27,299 nucleotides of DNA from Candidatus Latescibacterota bacterium (GTDB lineage: Bacteria; Latescibacterota; UBA2968), in the NCBI GenBank assembly GCA_038279365.1, contig JAYODI010000078.1:1-27299 (forward strand), given 5' to 3'. Below the pieces are notes generated by a model. That model saw nothing but the letters and a program-made list of their open reading frames with translations. It was not told where the DNA came from and ran no database searches. Both the position numbers and the translations under genes were made by a program. Positions 25,338 through 27,299 of this stretch are shown one piece after another. How positions within the stretch are numbered: position 1 is the first letter of the stretch; every line of letters starts with the position of its first letter.

Positions 25338-27017
25338 ATGGAAATGACAGGTGCAGAAATCATTATCAAATTGTTGGAACGTCAAGGCATTACACATATT
25401 GCAGGGATGCCTGGGGGGGCAAATTTGCCGATGTATGATGCGTTGTATCACAGTGCGATCAAACATGTGTTGGCACGCCATGAACAAGGTGCTGGGTTTA
25501 TGGCACAAGGGATAGCGCGAACGACGGGCAAACCGGCAGTGTGTTTTGCAACGTCGGGGCCTGGGGCAACCAATTTGATTACGGCCATTGCCGATGCCAA
25601 GTTGGATTCGATTCCACTCATTGCCATTACGGGGCAGGTGCCGCTTTCTATGATTGGCACCGATGCGTTTCAAGAGGTGGATACATATGGTTTGACGGTG
25701 CCAATTACGAAGCACAATTTTTTGGTGCGTTCTGCGGCAGAGTTGTTGGAGGTGATTCCCGAAGCATTTCGCATTGCGATGTCTGGTCGGCCTGGGCCTG
25801 TGGTGGTGGATGTGCCCAAGGATGTGCAGTTGCAAAAGGCTGTGTTTGACGCGTTGCCAGAACCTGTTATTGCGGGTGAGGCTGAGACGATTGATGAAAC
25901 GGTAATAGATGCGATGGTGGCGATGATTGAATCGGCCAAACGGCCTCTCTTTTTTGTGGGTGGGGGGATTGTGGCTGCGGGTGCATCGGAATTGGTTTGC
26001 CAGGTGGCAGAAAAAGCGCATTTGCCTACGGTTTCGACTTTGATGGGGTTGGGTGCCATGCCTTGTGACCATCCTTTGTTTTTGGGCATGTTGGGGATGC
26101 ATGGTGCGCGTTATACCAATATGGCGCTTGAGGTGTGCGATTTGATTTTTGCTGTGGGGGTGCGGTTTGATGATCGGGCAACGGGTAAGGTGGCACATTT
26201 TTGCCCTCAGGCTAAGATCATTCATATTGATATTGACGCGAGTGAATTGGGGAAGATCAAACAACCCGTGTTGAGCTTGGTGGCCGATGCCAAAGTGGCA
26301 TTGCAGATGCTTTGTGATCGGTTGCCCAATATTGCTCGGCCCGATTGGGTTGCAAATATTCACAAGTTGAAGATGGATTATCCATTGGCGACACCTGGGG
26401 ATGATGATGTGTTTCAACCGTATGGGGTGATTGCTCATGTGGCAAACGCATTGGATGAATGGACAATTGTGACCACCGATGTGGGGCAACATCAGATGTG
26501 GGTGGCACAGGCGTTTCCATTTCAGAAGGCTGGGCAGTTGCTCACATCGGGTGGGTTGGGGACGATGGGGTTTGGGGTGCCAGCGGCGATTGGTGCGGCT
26601 TTGGCACGGCCCGATTGTACGGTGGTGTGTTTTAGTGGGGATGGTAGTTTTTTGATGAATGTGCAGGAGTTGGCAACCTTGGCAGAGGAGAATTTGAATG
26701 TGAAGATTGTGGTGATGAACAATGGATATTTGGGGATGGTGCGACAACAGCAAACGTTGTTTTATGGGGGGCGTGAAGAGGGGTCTTTTTTTCAGGCACA
26801 GCCCAATCCTGCGCATATTGCGCGGGCATTTGGTGTGCCGGCTTGTGATTTGGGGGATGTGGATGATCCGGTGGGGATGTTGCAGGAGATGTTGCGTGCA
26901 CCTGGGCCGTGTGTGATTAATGCGCCGATTGGTGAAGATGAGATGGTGTTTCCGATGGTGCCGCCGGGTGCGGCGAACAAAGATATGATTGCGGGGGTGG
27001 CTCATGCAAACGCTTGA
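25338..27017 (+). CDS. ilvB: Acetolactate synthase (AHAS) large subunit
   Basis: 'RHEQGAGF', 'TSGPGATN', 'GTDAFQE', 'RFDDRATG', 'DVGQHQMW', 'SGGLGTMG' and ThDP motif 'GDGSFLMN...NNGYLGMVRQQQ'. AGAGGA RBS before ATG 25338. Confidence 0.95.
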   Translation: MEMTGAEIIIKLLERQGITHIAGMPGGANLPMYDALYHSAIKHVLARHEQGAGFMAQGIARTTGKPAVCFATSGPGATNLITAIADAKLDSIPLIAITGQVPLSMIGTDAFQEVDTYGLTVPITKHNFLVRSAAELLEVIPEAFRIAMSGRPGPVVVDVPKDVQLQKAVFDALPEPVIAGEAETIDETVIDAMVAMIESAKRPLFFVGGGIVAAGASELVCQVAEKAHLPTVSTLMGLGAMPCDHPLFLGMLGMHGARYTNMALEVCDLIFAVGVRFDDRATGKVAHFCPQAKIIHIDIDASELGKIKQPVLSLVADAKVALQMLCDRLPNIARPDWVANIHKLKMDYPLATPGDDDVFQPYGVIAHVANALDEWTIVTTDVGQHQMWVAQAFPFQKAGQLLTSGGLGTMGFGVPAAIGAALARPDCTVVCFSGDGSFLMNVQELATLAEENLNVKIVVMNNGYLGMVRQQQTLFYGGREEGSFFQAQPNPAHIARAFGVPACDLGDVDDPVGMLQEMLRAPGPCVINAPIGEDEMVFPMVPPGAANKDMIAGVAHANA

Positions 27018-27299
27018 AGAAAAATGTGAGAAGACGGTTTTGGAGTTGACGGTTGCCAATCATGCGGGGGTGATGTCGCATGTGTGTGGTTTGTTTGCGC
27101 GGCGGGCGTATAATGTGGAGGGGGTTTTGTGTATGCCGGTGGGGAATGGGCAGTGTAGTCGGATTTGGTTGATGGTGAATGAGGTGGATCGGTTGGATCA
27201 GATGATTGCGCAGTTGAGAAAGTTGGAGGATGTGTTTGAGGTGGGAAGGCATGGGGCGGATCATGCGGTGTTTTTGCGATTGGAGGGTTTTTTTCAATA
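27004..27299 (+). CDS. ilvN: Acetolactate synthase small (ACT) subunit; the likely stop codon is cut by the window edge
   Basis: MQTLEEKCEKTVLELTVANHAGVMSHVCGLFARRAYNVEGVLCMPV...LRKLEDV...EGFFQ followed by TA at the window end; overlaps the ilvB stop; not in the ORF track. Confidence 0.92.
   Translation, partial: MQTLEEKCEKTVLELTVANHAGVMSHVCGLFARRAYNVEGVLCMPVGNGQCSRIWLMVNEVDRLDQMIAQLRKLEDVFEVGRHGADHAVFLRLEGFFQ

Noticed and set aside
25317-27059. 580-aa minus-strand ORF
   Set aside because: It is the antisense shadow of ilvB, His/Arg/Pro-rich with no recognisable motifs; it arises from codon bias.

Overview
A bacterial chromosomal window with a strong G+T excess on the + strand and no phage, IS transposase, CRISPR, rRNA or tRNA that I can recognise. 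It starts with a STAS-like/winged-helix gene followed by nurA, a stand-alone HAS-barrel gene and herA. The middle is catabolic and signalling: a GT2 glycosyltransferase, an enolase-superfamily enzyme, a GH113-like hydrolase, three Cys-type sulfatases, two hybrid histidine kinases, a beta-barrel OMP, a double alpha/beta hydrolase, a UbiD-family decarboxylase, a PLP aminotransferase, a MutT-type Nudix enzyme, a Gfo/Idh/MocA oxidoreductase and a DUF2237 protein. It ends with ilvB-ilvN. The most interesting signals are non-coding or unannotated. (1) Two complete ribosome-dependent attenuators lie in tandem upstream of ilvBN, each with a 36-aa Thr/Val/Ile/Leu-rich leader peptide, its own antiterminator and its own terminator. 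(2) A dispersed intergenic element occurs in three copies whose substitutions co-vary in a way that fits a hairpin plus third-strand (triplex) plus pseudoknot fold; two copies share a ~140-nt multi-stem extension. (3) Several short-unit tandem or inverted repeat arrays sit between genes. All protein calls come from motif recognition by eye, not database searches.
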